Positions 1 to 8,692 of a stretch of DNA of 64,000 bases are shown here, one piece after another. Source of the stretch: a virus (lineage: Duplodnaviria; Caudoviricetes); the IMG/VR virus record IMGVR_UViG_3300025909_000005; one strand, given 5' to 3'. Each line of letters opens with the position of its first letter. Position 1 is the first letter of the stretch. The translations under genes were made by a program, and so were the position numbers. The notes under the pieces were generated by a model, which worked only from the letters and a program-made list of their open reading frames with translations, was not told the origin of the DNA and ran no database searches.

Positions 1-378
1 CTGATCGCTGGCTGCTACCAAAAGAAGAAGGACGTGCTTGACTTCGCTGTTGTCTTCGGCCCAAAGATGGAACGCAATGAGAAGGGGCTGATCGAGGCGG
101 AGCGGGTGGGCACCGGCTTCATGTGCATCTCACGACGCTGCATCCTTCAGATGATCAAGGCGTACCCAGAAACGTATCTCGGGAGAGAGAACTTCTACGC
201 CCTGTTCGACACGAAGGTTGAGAAGCAGCAGCTGATCAGCGAAGACTACACGTTCTGCGATCGCTGGCGTGCCATCGGTGGGAAGGTTATGATCGACCCA
301 GAGATTCACCTCGGCCATCACGGCACGAAGCTGTTCGATGCCAAGTTCAGCAGGCACCTACCGCTATCTAGCCACTAA
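1..378 (+). CDS. Glycosyltransferase-like protein (GT2-like), 5'-truncated by window edge
   Basis: Frame is open from base 1 (LIAGCYQKKK...). Motifs VGTGFMCISR, LISEDYTFCDRW and IHLGHHG are typical of phage GT2-like proteins. Confidence 0.6.
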   Translation: MIAGCYQKKKDVLDFAVVFGPKMERNEKGLIEAERVGTGFMCISRRCILQMIKAYPETYLGRENFYALFDTKVEKQQLISEDYTFCDRWRAIGGKVMIDPEIHLGHHGTKLFDAKFSRHLPLSSH

Positions 379-383
379 TGCTA

Positions 384-575
384 TTATTCTTCGCGCAGTG
401 GTAGCAGCGGAATTTTAAAGGTCTCCCCGGGATGGGGCACCTGAGTTCCATTCAACTCGTTGAACATGCGACGAAGGACGATCAAGTCGTCCTGCGTGTA
501 GTCATGCCTGCCCTTCAGTCGAAGGACAGCATCGATGGTCTCTGTGGGCCGGAACTTGTGCTCGATGTACTTCAT
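384..575 (-). CDS. Small LysM-like domain protein
   Basis: HKFRPTETIDAV...LNG...PHPGETFKIP matches the LysM/tail-X pattern. Confidence 0.5.
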   Translation of the reverse strand: MKYIEHKFRPTETIDAVLRLKGRHDYTQDDLIVLRRMFNELNGTQVPHPGETFKIPLLPLREE

Positions 576-589
576 CGAGCTATTTACGC

Positions 590-817
590 TTACCAGCGGC
601 CCCAGTCAGGGGCACGTTCGTCTTCCTTGCCGTTGCTGTAGCGATCATCACCGTGCTCGATGATGTAGTCGGACAGGGTCTTGACCGACAAGTCCTTGTC
701 CTTGGCAGCGACTTCCTCGGCTGTGGCCTTGTTCGTGTACACCTCATCACCGAACATGTTGATGTTGTTGTCGATGTAGTACGTGATGACGAACAGGCTG
801 TCTTTGGCGTAGATCAT
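590..817 (-). CDS. Hypothetical protein, paralogue of 870..1124
   Basis: ATG at 817 follows an AAGGAG SD. Shares FGD(E/D)V(Y/F)T...A(E/K)E with its neighbour. Confidence 0.6.
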   Translation of the reverse strand: MIYAKDSLFVITYYIDNNINMFGDEVYTNKATAEEVAAKDKDLSVKTLSDYIIEHGDDRYSNGKEDERAPDWGRW

Positions 818-869
818 GATGGGCTCCTTGGAATAGATCCATTGTACAACAGATCTAGGCTCTTGTACA

Positions 870-1124
870 TCACCAAGAAGCGTCTTGCACACCTCGATCG
901 AACGAGTATTCCTTGGTCTTGGCAAGGAGGTCTTCCAACATGCAGGCTTCTACTGGCGTCCTGTAGCGGCCGTCGTCGTTGATGCCCTTGTTTGCGACGA
1001 CGGCCGCTGCTTGGGCTTCTTCCTTGGCGTTCTCGCCGGTGAAGACGTCATCGCCGAAAATGAAAATGTCATCACCGACGTCTACGACAAGCAGGTAGAT
1101 CTCGTGGGCTGCTACTTTTGCCAT
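870..1124 (-). CDS. Hypothetical protein
   Basis: AAGGAG SD; upstream minus-strand TATAAT at 1153-1158. Confidence 0.65.
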   Translation of the reverse strand: MAKVAAHEIYLLVVDVGDDIFIFGDDVFTGENAKEEAQAAAVVANKGINDDGRYRTPVEACMLEDLLAKTKEYSFDRGVQDASW

Positions 1125-1152
1125 GCTGGCTCCTTCTGTTACAGTTGATCCG

Positions 1153-1176
1153 ATTATACATCAGAGCCCATAAATA
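1153..1176. promoter_or_regulatory. Divergent promoters: minus-strand TATAAT (1153-1158) and plus-strand late-type CATAAATA (1169-1176)
   Basis: Motif match at the junction between small minus-strand genes and the structural operon. Confidence 0.55.
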
Positions 1177-1200
1177 GTCGATCGAAAAGTGGATCGACAC

Positions 1201-3132
1201 ATGACAGCAACAGACATCTCCCAGAAGTCAACACACGACCTGTGGATTGACGCGCGCCAGTTCAGCATCAGCATCTCTCGTCCTTCCCCAACGACGATCC
1301 AGCTTACCATCACTCGACCAACGACGATGGCAGTGGCTGATGGCGCTCTGATCCTGCTCTCTGACCTGCCGATCAACGCGATCAACTACCCAGAAGATGG
1401 CACGATCTACAACCCATCAACTGACTGGCTGGCTCCGTCACCAACGAATGGTCAGATTCCAGCGCTCGATGGTGCGCACGTAGTCGGCTTCTACTCGAAC
1501 ATCCAGGAACTGCCGTTCCCAACTCCAACGGCAACCTCGACAAGCCTCAATGAGTCAGGAACGGCTGAGGCCTACCAGTCGTTCACCATCACAGTCACGA
1601 ACACAAACCCGAACACGATCTACTACGCGTCGGTTCACGCCTCCTCGAACGTCCTCCAGTACTACCCGATCGGTGTCTCGTCCTACCCACTTCAAGGTGA
1701 GCTGACTGAAGGGCGCAACACGAACCTGGCAAGCGCGTTCACGGGTAACATTCCCGTTTATGACTCGGCACCTCTCTCGCCAGCTCCTGGCTCTGTCTAC
1801 TTCGATAAGCAGCTGAACCTTGTTCAGTACTTCGACGGCGTCTCGGGCTCTTGGATTCCAACCCGCTCTGACTCGATTGTCTCGGGTGCCTACAATCCAG
1901 GTGTGCTTGGACAAGTCTACCTTTACGGTGGTGGACAGCTGAAGGTCTTCAATGGCAAGAAGTGGGTGGACATGACCCCCTCGAACACGCAGCTCCGTCA
2001 AGGCGTGACGTGGGTACCGCTTACGCGCTTCTCTGCTACCACGACGCCGCCTCAGCTGCCAGTTCTGGGTGAGATGTACTACGACTACACGCTGCAGCGC
2101 ATCCAGTACTGGGATGGCGCAATGTGGGTCTTCCCAAACTCCACGAACACGCTTTTCAATACAGGTGCCCAGGTAGTTCCTGCCTTTGTGACGCCGCTCA
2201 CCATTGAACCGCAGCTGCTCTCGGATCCTTACATCGGTCAGCTCTTCTACAACCTGACCACCCGCACGCTCAATGCCTGGAACGGCGTCTCCTGGAACCA
2301 GGTCAACACTGACCAGCAGGGCTCGCCGTCCTACGACAAGATCGCGATTGGCGATGATGGCTCCTACGCCGCCCGCCTGCAGATGATAAAGGTCTGTCAG
2401 TCCCAGCTTGGCTGGCCGCAGCAGTGCGTCGAGCTCAAGGAGGAGCAGTTCAACATCGCCCTTGACAATGCACTTGCTAACTACCGCCAGCTCTCGTCGG
2501 GCGCCTACACGCGTCGCTTCATCATCTACAAGCTGATCCCTGGTCAGCAGCAGTACTACCTCAACAACAAGGCCGACCGTACAGACTCGATCGTCGACAT
2601 CCACAAGATCCACCGCATGGGCCCACTTGGCATCTACGGCGGTGGACCGAATGACGTTTGGGCTCAGGCCTTCGCACAGCGCTACTACGACATGGCTGCT
2701 GGGGGCGGTGACCTGCTTTCCACGCAGCTCGTTGCCATGTACAGCGAGGAGCTGCAGCGCATGTTTGCTGGTGAGCTCATGTTCCAGTGGGACGAGCCAA
2801 CCCGTGAACTCTACATCACGCGCGCCGTTCGTGGCTACGAGACGGTCATCATCGAGGCAATGCTCGAGCGCTCTGAACAGGAAATCATCAACGACCGCTG
2901 GTCCAACCAGTACATCCAAAACTGGGCGATGGCTGAGCTGAAGTACATGCTTGGCATGATCCGCTCGAAGTTCACGTCTGGTACTCCAGGCGCGGCTGGT
3001 TCCATCAACTTGAACGGTGAACTCCTTATTTCTGAGGCTCGTCAAGACATGACTGAGCTGAAGGAAGAGCTCCTTAACTACGAGTACGGCGGTCAAGTCG
3101 GTCTCGGCAACACGGCGTTCCTCATCGGATAA
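1201..3132 (+). CDS. gp13: Neck/head-tail adaptor protein (T4 gp13-like) with long N-terminal extension
   Basis: C-terminal third has LGWP..CVEL..EQF..ALDNAL, YIQNWAMAELK.MLG.IRSKF and LNGELLISEA, as in gp13-like neck proteins. Preceded by a late promoter. Confidence 0.75.
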   Translation: MTATDISQKSTHDLWIDARQFSISISRPSPTTIQLTITRPTTMAVADGALILLSDLPINAINYPEDGTIYNPSTDWLAPSPTNGQIPALDGAHVVGFYSNIQELPFPTPTATSTSLNESGTAEAYQSFTITVTNTNPNTIYYASVHASSNVLQYYPIGVSSYPLQGELTEGRNTNLASAFTGNIPVYDSAPLSPAPGSVYFDKQLNLVQYFDGVSGSWIPTRSDSIVSGAYNPGVLGQVYLYGGGQLKVFNGKKWVDMTPSNTQLRQGVTWVPLTRFSATTTPPQLPVLGEMYYDYTLQRIQYWDGAMWVFPNSTNTLFNTGAQVVPAFVTPLTIEPQLLSDPYIGQLFYNLTTRTLNAWNGVSWNQVNTDQQGSPSYDKIAIGDDGSYAARLQMIKVCQSQLGWPQQCVELKEEQFNIALDNALANYRQLSSGAYTRRFIIYKLIPGQQQYYLNNKADRTDSIVDIHKIHRMGPLGIYGGGPNDVWAQAFAQRYYDMAAGGGDLLSTQLVAMYSEELQRMFAGELMFQWDEPTRELYITRAVRGYETVIIEAMLERSEQEIINDRWSNQYIQNWAMAELKYMLGMIRSKFTSGTPGAAGSINLNGELLISEARQDMTELKEELLNYEYGGQVGLGNTAFLIG

Positions 3133-5072
3133 TGGCTGATCCAAATAAGTCACTGTACGAACCAACGGAACATCGAACCACTCTCGATGAGTGCGCAGAT
3201 GCGGCCGGCTCGTTCAACAACCCGAACACACCAAACTCGGGCCTGCCACCGATTCCAGCTGGCACTATTCCAAGCCCAGGTGGTGGTGTTGTCACGCCTC
3301 CAAACGTCTACGTTCCACCTGACATCTGCATTGGTGACTTCACCATCTCGCAGAACGAGTGTGCGATCAACGATAGCAACTACCAGCAGTCACTCGCTGC
3401 TCAGCAGTTGGCCATCTCTGGTGCACCGCTGAACGTTTTCAAGCTGCTCGGCAATCATGAACAGGGAAAGCTGATTGACCTCGTTGGTCACGGCCACGCA
3501 ATTGGCTCTGACGATACCTCAATGGCCTTCGACGAGCTTGCTGGTGAGTGGACCTCCTCAGTCACCGGCCTCGCTGTCACGCAGACGCCTGCCTATGTTG
3601 GCTACGATTTCGGCTACCGCCTCACGTCTTACGGCCAGCTTGAGAACGCCAAGGGACAGCCGGCAGACCAGCACATCACCTCGATCCGAATCACACAGGG
3701 TCCAGACGCCAACACCCGCGCCCTTCAAGTTCGTGTCGATCGCTCTGACGGTGACTTCATCATGGGCACGCCGATCTACACCGCGACTGGTAACGGCACG
3801 GTCACTCGCTTCAGCCAAGGCATTGACACCAAGCCAGGCGCGTTCATGCTCTTCGCGACGTCGCCTACCAAGTTCAGCGTCATGTGGACCGGAAATGGCA
3901 CCTACATTCTAGGTGACGCCACAGTCGGTCAGATGTTTGACTCCAAGCACGGCTCGTTCGTCATCGCTCCTGGCACCATTCCATTTGCTGCAGGCGACGC
4001 CATCTCGGTGCCCATCCAGCTCGAGTGGAAGCGCGTTGACGTAGTGAACCTTCCGAACGTTGCAACTCCTGCCCTGATTCGTATCAAGCAGTCGGCACCA
4101 TCTCGCTTCTGGCGCATCGTCCCGACCTCATTTGCTGGTGTAACCACGAACTCTCCTTGGGTCGTTGAGAAGCTCGAGCTCTTTGACTACCAAGCCACGA
4201 TGCTCACGGACATCCAGGACCCGCTGTTCATGGAGAACCGAGACCGCGACTACGCGAAGACCTCCATCCAGCTGAAGGTTGCCTACACTCCATTTGACGC
4301 GGTCTCTGACCTCACGAAGTTCGGCTTCCAGGTCGCAGACATCTACAGCTTCACGACGACCTTCGCCACCATGGTTGAAGCTCTAGGCCGCCCAATTGTT
4401 GTTGGTGACGTGCTTGAGCTTCCATCCGAGATGCAGTGGGACCAGAACATGCGTCCCGTTCGCAAGTTCCTCGAGGTCACTGACGGTGGCTGGGCAGCGG
4501 ACGGCTACACCACAGGCTGGCAGCCAATCATCTACCGCTTCCAGGCGCAGCAGCTCATCCCAGGTCAGGAGCACCGTGACCTGCTTGGCACCCTTGACAC
4601 GCAGAAGTACGTCGTCGATGACGGCCGCTTCTTTGATGGCATCGAACAGATCTCCACTGGCTACCTCACGGCCATGGAGAACAACGAAGCTGAAGCTCGC
4701 AAGGCAGTTCCAGAAACGGGCACGAACGTTCGTGAAGCCGCCTCTGGTACGAATCGCTTTAACCAGCCCGGCTCCTACGACGGCGTTGGCGTCTACGTCG
4801 AGGACGGTCTGCCACCAGATGGCCATGAATACAAGACAGGCTTCGACAAGCTGCCGGATGTCGCTGAGGCCAACGACGGCGACTACTTCCGCCTGGAGTA
4901 CTCACCTGAGCGCAACCTTCCAGCTCGCCTCTACAAGTTCAGTGGAGTCAAGAACCGCTGGATCTTTGTTGAGACTGACCGTCGCAACCAGCGTTCGTCG
5001 CACACCCCATCACAGCGCGAAATCTTTGCTCTTGACAAGCAGTTCTCGCCAACAGCCAAGAAGATCTCATGA
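3132..5072 (+). CDS. gp14: Neck/head-closure protein (T4 gp14-like) with inserted beta-sandwich domains
   Basis: ISGAPLNVFKLLG and QDPLFMENRDRDY...LTKFGFQ motifs; lies directly after gp13. Confidence 0.7.
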   Translation: MADPNKSLYEPTEHRTTLDECADAAGSFNNPNTPNSGLPPIPAGTIPSPGGGVVTPPNVYVPPDICIGDFTISQNECAINDSNYQQSLAAQQLAISGAPLNVFKLLGNHEQGKLIDLVGHGHAIGSDDTSMAFDELAGEWTSSVTGLAVTQTPAYVGYDFGYRLTSYGQLENAKGQPADQHITSIRITQGPDANTRALQVRVDRSDGDFIMGTPIYTATGNGTVTRFSQGIDTKPGAFMLFATSPTKFSVMWTGNGTYILGDATVGQMFDSKHGSFVIAPGTIPFAAGDAISVPIQLEWKRVDVVNLPNVATPALIRIKQSAPSRFWRIVPTSFAGVTTNSPWVVEKLELFDYQATMLTDIQDPLFMENRDRDYAKTSIQLKVAYTPFDAVSDLTKFGFQVADIYSFTTTFATMVEALGRPIVVGDVLELPSEMQWDQNMRPVRKFLEVTDGGWAADGYTTGWQPIIYRFQAQQLIPGQEHRDLLGTLDTQKYVVDDGRFFDGIEQISTGYLTAMENNEAEARKAVPETGTNVREAASGTNRFNQPGSYDGVGVYVEDGLPPDGHEYKTGFDKLPDVAEANDGDYFRLEYSPERNLPARLYKFSGVKNRWIFVETDRRNQRSSHTPSQREIFALDKQFSPTAKKIS

Positions 5073-5740
5073 TCACCTTCAAGCAATTTCTACTTGAGCA
5101 GGACGACCCTGATCTCTTCCAAGTCCTTGAGCGCGATTGCGCTGACTTCCTGCATCAGTCGCAGCGGGTAGGACTGATCTATCGTGGCATTCAAGAGACG
5201 TCTCTTGCCAACCACCATGACTACGCTATCCACGATGCTGGGCACCATGGCCCCATTGAGATGTGGGAAAAGCTCGTCAAGGGTCAGGGTGGTCGATCAA
5301 GTCGCCGGCCTCGTGATTCAAGCTCGTCACAGCACGATGCAGCTGATGCTTGGTTCGAACAGAAGTTTGGTGTCTACGCCCGCTCAAAGTCACTGTTCGC
5401 TAGTGGAAACAAGCACGCCCTCTCTGACTACGGTGACACCTACATCGTGTTGCCAAAGGGCCACATGAACGTCATCTGGTCCCCGAAGGTTGATGACATG
5501 TACGGCCACTTTGAGACTGGAGAATGGGGCAAGATTCGTCAGGGACTCCGGATGGGTTCCGTTTCTGAAGAGGAATTTTGGCACCAAATTGGCATGGACC
5601 TCGACGATCAGGACTACCGTGAAGGTGACCTTCCAGCAGGTATCAAGTCAGGCAACGAGCTCATGATTCAGTGCAACTCGTACTACATCATTCCAGTCGC
5701 TGATGAAGCAGCGATAAAGCGCGGGCTCAAGATCGAATGA
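5069..5740 (+). CDS. Tagged putative internal head protein, family A (ART-like)
   Basis: N-terminus MITFKQFLLE; conserved IYRG, RRPRD, RSKSLF, YGDTYIVLP and GNELMI. Confidence 0.6.
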   Translation: MITFKQFLLEQDDPDLFQVLERDCADFLHQSQRVGLIYRGIQETSLANHHDYAIHDAGHHGPIEMWEKLVKGQGGRSSRRPRDSSSSQHDAADAWFEQKFGVYARSKSLFASGNKHALSDYGDTYIVLPKGHMNVIWSPKVDDMYGHFETGEWGKIRQGLRMGSVSEEEFWHQIGMDLDDQDYREGDLPAGIKSGNELMIQCNSYYIIPVADEAAIKRGLKIE

Positions 5741-6366
5741 AGACGTTCAAGCAGTTCATTTCTGAGGCGCAGTTCGATGACATCGATGCGGCCGTAGATG
5801 AGATCCTCCACCACTGTGGACCATTTCTTCATGAGTCTCGTCGCAAGGGTTTCCTGCAGCGTGGCATGCAGGGACTTGACCTTACGCCGTGGGATGACAA
5901 GTCGGTCCCATACGTTATCAAGAAGGTGAACAAAGAACGCGTACCACGTCGAGGTGCCGGCCTGAACGCCATCGAGCACAAGGTCGTTGACGACTTCCTC
6001 CACGACAAGCTCGGCATTCGTGGTCGTTCTCAGGCGATGTTCTGCATTGGCCAGTCTGAGAAGGGAACGCAGAAGGCCAGCCAGTTTGGTACGCCGTACA
6101 TCGTCTTCCCGATCGGTGACTTCAAGTACGTGTGGTCGCCTGAGGTCTTTGACATCTTTGGCCAGCTTCACTACAAGAGTGAGGACCCTGAAGAGCAGAA
6201 GAAAGAGATTGAGACCTGGCTGGAGGGCAAGAAGTACCGCACGACGGGCCTTGATCAGGCGGTGAAGTCTGCGAATGAGATCATGATCGACTGCGAGACG
6301 TACTACGTCTTCAGTAAATACATGTGGGCCCACAAATTCCGAACAAAACTAGGCATCGGCCTCTGA
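5737..6366 (+). CDS. Tagged putative internal head protein, family A (ART-like)
   Basis: N-terminus MKTFKQFISE; LQRG, RVPR, RSQAMF, FGTPYIVFPIG and ANEIMI. Confidence 0.6.
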   Translation: MKTFKQFISEAQFDDIDAAVDEILHHCGPFLHESRRKGFLQRGMQGLDLTPWDDKSVPYVIKKVNKERVPRRGAGLNAIEHKVVDDFLHDKLGIRGRSQAMFCIGQSEKGTQKASQFGTPYIVFPIGDFKYVWSPEVFDIFGQLHYKSEDPEEQKKEIETWLEGKKYRTTGLDQAVKSANEIMIDCETYYVFSKYMWAHKFRTKLGIGL

Positions 6367-6367
6367 C

Positions 6368-7171
6368 ATGGCAATCCAAAACTACTGGTACGACGGGCAG
6401 GTACGACAGTTCCTGCTTCAATTTGTGGCAATCTTCCATGGTCTGCAGGTGCAGACGGGCAAGGGAGAGTGTGACGTTCCTGAGATGATCTCGGTACCAG
6501 TCGTTGTCGGCAACAAGGACCGCGTCGTCGCAGCCATTCTCCAAGGCAACACGCACAACCGCATGTTCTCGTTGCCAACGATGGCTGTCCACATCAACGG
6601 TCTCGAAATGGCTGATGATCGTCGACGCGCTCCAGGTATGGTAGACCAGCGCACCCACCTTGAGGTTGGCGGAATCTTCCCGAACGACCTGACAGTTGTA
6701 AAGCGCGTCATGCCAGTTCCATACAACATGGTAATGGAGCTCTCCATCTACGCCTCGAACTCTGACCAGCTTTGGCAGATCCTCGAGCAGATCCTGGTGC
6801 TCTTCAATCCAGACATCCAGATCCAAAAGTCGGATGGTGAGTTCGACTGGACCAAGATTACTCGCGTCATCCTCACGGACATCAACAACGAAGAGAACTA
6901 CCCAACAGGAACGGACCGTCGCCTGACCGTCTGGACCCTGAACTTCCTCATGCCGATCTGGCTGAGCATCCCGATGGGTGCGCGTGACGACCTCGTCCGT
7001 AAGATCATCATCCAGATTGGTGAGCTCGACACGATCACCCTAGATGAGGTCGATGATGAAGGTAACATCACGCCGTTCGGTTCACCGCTCGCCCGCATCG
7101 AGCTCGACGGTCACCCAGTAGAAGGGGTCCCTGGCGATCCAGAACAGGTGGATCGTGAAGAAAACCTTTAA
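6368..7171 (+). CDS. gp15: Tail terminator / sheath stabiliser (T4 gp15-like)
   Basis: YWYDGQVRQF..QF..IF, VPVVVG, MPVPYNM..ELSIY and QILEQILVLFNP motifs. Confidence 0.8.
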   Translation: MAIQNYWYDGQVRQFLLQFVAIFHGLQVQTGKGECDVPEMISVPVVVGNKDRVVAAILQGNTHNRMFSLPTMAVHINGLEMADDRRRAPGMVDQRTHLEVGGIFPNDLTVVKRVMPVPYNMVMELSIYASNSDQLWQILEQILVLFNPDIQIQKSDGEFDWTKITRVILTDINNEENYPTGTDRRLTVWTLNFLMPIWLSIPMGARDDLVRKIIIQIGELDTITLDEVDDEGNITPFGSPLARIELDGHPVEGVPGDPEQVDREENL

Positions 7172-8603
7172 GCAGTTCCTTGAGGCGCGTATGACGCCGA
7201 CCTCATTTGCCTCTGCCCTTGAGCGCATCGGCAAGGACGCCAAGATGGGCTTCGAGTTTGAGTGCTTCGTCGGTGAGAAGTCAGACCTCTTCCGCGGTGA
7301 GCCATCTCCTGCTGTCCCAGTCCTGAACCTTGACCGCATCGGTACACTCGCCGACTTCCTCGACGTCTTCTACATGTCGATGGCCGAGCATGACAAGCTG
7401 CGCAAGGACCTGGCAAAGTGGAAGGTCGACAACCCTGGCAAGATGTGGATCGACTACATCAAAGACGAGTACGACTCTGTCGAGCGCTTCGTTCAGCTCA
7501 ATGATCTCAAGCCGATCTACGGCTGGACTGATCACAAGGAAGACACCGTCTACACAGAACACCCAGCAACATCTGACCATGTCGTGCCATATCAAGATGT
7601 GGCCGACGCCGCCATCGCTGCCCTTAAGGAGTGGCTTGGCAAGAACGTCGTTGACGGTGTCAGCAAGTCTGAGTGGGCCATCACTGATGACGGCTCGATC
7701 AACAGCCATGGCAACGGTCCAGGCGTAGGCATCGAGATTGTCTCGCCTCCTCTGCCAACCGAGGAGGCGCTTGACGGACTGCAGTCAATCTTCCGCTTCA
7801 TCAAGAAGTACGACCTCGTCACGAACGAGTCGACTGGCCTGCACATCAACATCTCTATCCCACACCTACGTGAACGCCTTGACCCGCTCAAGCTAATCCT
7901 GTTCATGGGTGAGGAACACATCCTTGAGAAGTGGGCTCGCACGAACAATGAGTACACGAAGTCGCACGCCAAGGAGATTGTCGATGACATCAAGAACCAC
8001 GGCGTGCCAAAGGAAACTGGCATCTTCGAGGTCTTGAACCGTTTTCTGAGCAAGCACAAGTACCACACCGTCAACCTCAGCAAGCTTGCTGCTGGCTACC
8101 TTGAGTTCCGTGTGGCAGGTGGAGACAACTACCACGAAGAGATTCAGAAGGTGAACCAGACGATTGGTCGCTTCCTGTCCGCCCTTGAAATTGCCTGCAG
8201 CGCCGACCTTGAACGTCAGCAGTACCTGAAGAAGGCGAGCAAGCTCTTTGGCGCGGCCATCTCGGCAGCTAAGTCAGGCGAACCGATGGAAACCGCAGAG
8301 GAGTTCCTCCAGGCCGGTGGCGGCTACTCTAAGACGGAGCAGCTCCTAGGTCTTGTCAAGGACGATGCCGATGAAAACACCGCGGCCTACGTCGTGTCCT
8401 CTCTGATTGTTCGCGTCATCGGCTTCATGCAGCGTCGCAATCTCGATCCAAGCACACGCGTCAAGATCCAGGTGCGTCAGATCTTCCGCAAGCTGCTCGC
8501 AAAGTACCCTGACCTGTGGGAAAAGGTCAAGGACAAGCTCGTTATGCATGAGCACCAAGACCTAGAAGACTTCATCCGGATCTTCGGTTTGAGTGGAAAG
8601 TAG
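7155..8603 (+). CDS. Putative amidoligase (COOH-NH2 ligase type 2) with N-terminal tag
   Basis: GFEFEC, DGSI, GIEIVSPPL, STGLHINIS, KYHTVN and YLEFR motifs. N-terminus MKKTFKQFLE (GTG start). Confidence 0.7.
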   Translation: MKKTFKQFLEARMTPTSFASALERIGKDAKMGFEFECFVGEKSDLFRGEPSPAVPVLNLDRIGTLADFLDVFYMSMAEHDKLRKDLAKWKVDNPGKMWIDYIKDEYDSVERFVQLNDLKPIYGWTDHKEDTVYTEHPATSDHVVPYQDVADAAIAALKEWLGKNVVDGVSKSEWAITDDGSINSHGNGPGVGIEIVSPPLPTEEALDGLQSIFRFIKKYDLVTNESTGLHINISIPHLRERLDPLKLILFMGEEHILEKWARTNNEYTKSHAKEIVDDIKNHGVPKETGIFEVLNRFLSKHKYHTVNLSKLAAGYLEFRVAGGDNYHEEIQKVNQTIGRFLSALEIACSADLERQQYLKKASKLFGAAISAAKSGEPMETAEEFLQAGGGYSKTEQLLGLVKDDADENTAAYVVSSLIVRVIGFMQRRNLDPSTRVKIQVRQIFRKLLAKYPDLWEKVKDKLVMHEHQDLEDFIRIFGLSGK

Positions 8604-8634
8604 TGACGTTCTGGACCGGATTCCTGACCTAGGA

Positions 8635-8641
8635 ATAAATA
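8635..8641 (+). promoter_or_regulatory. T4-type late promoter ATAAATA
   Basis: Upstream of the sheath gene; same motif as T4 TATAAATA. Confidence 0.65.
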
Positions 8642-8692
8642 CCCGCATGAACAACCAGAGCAGGTCTATCTGCCCACAATAGGAGAACAACA

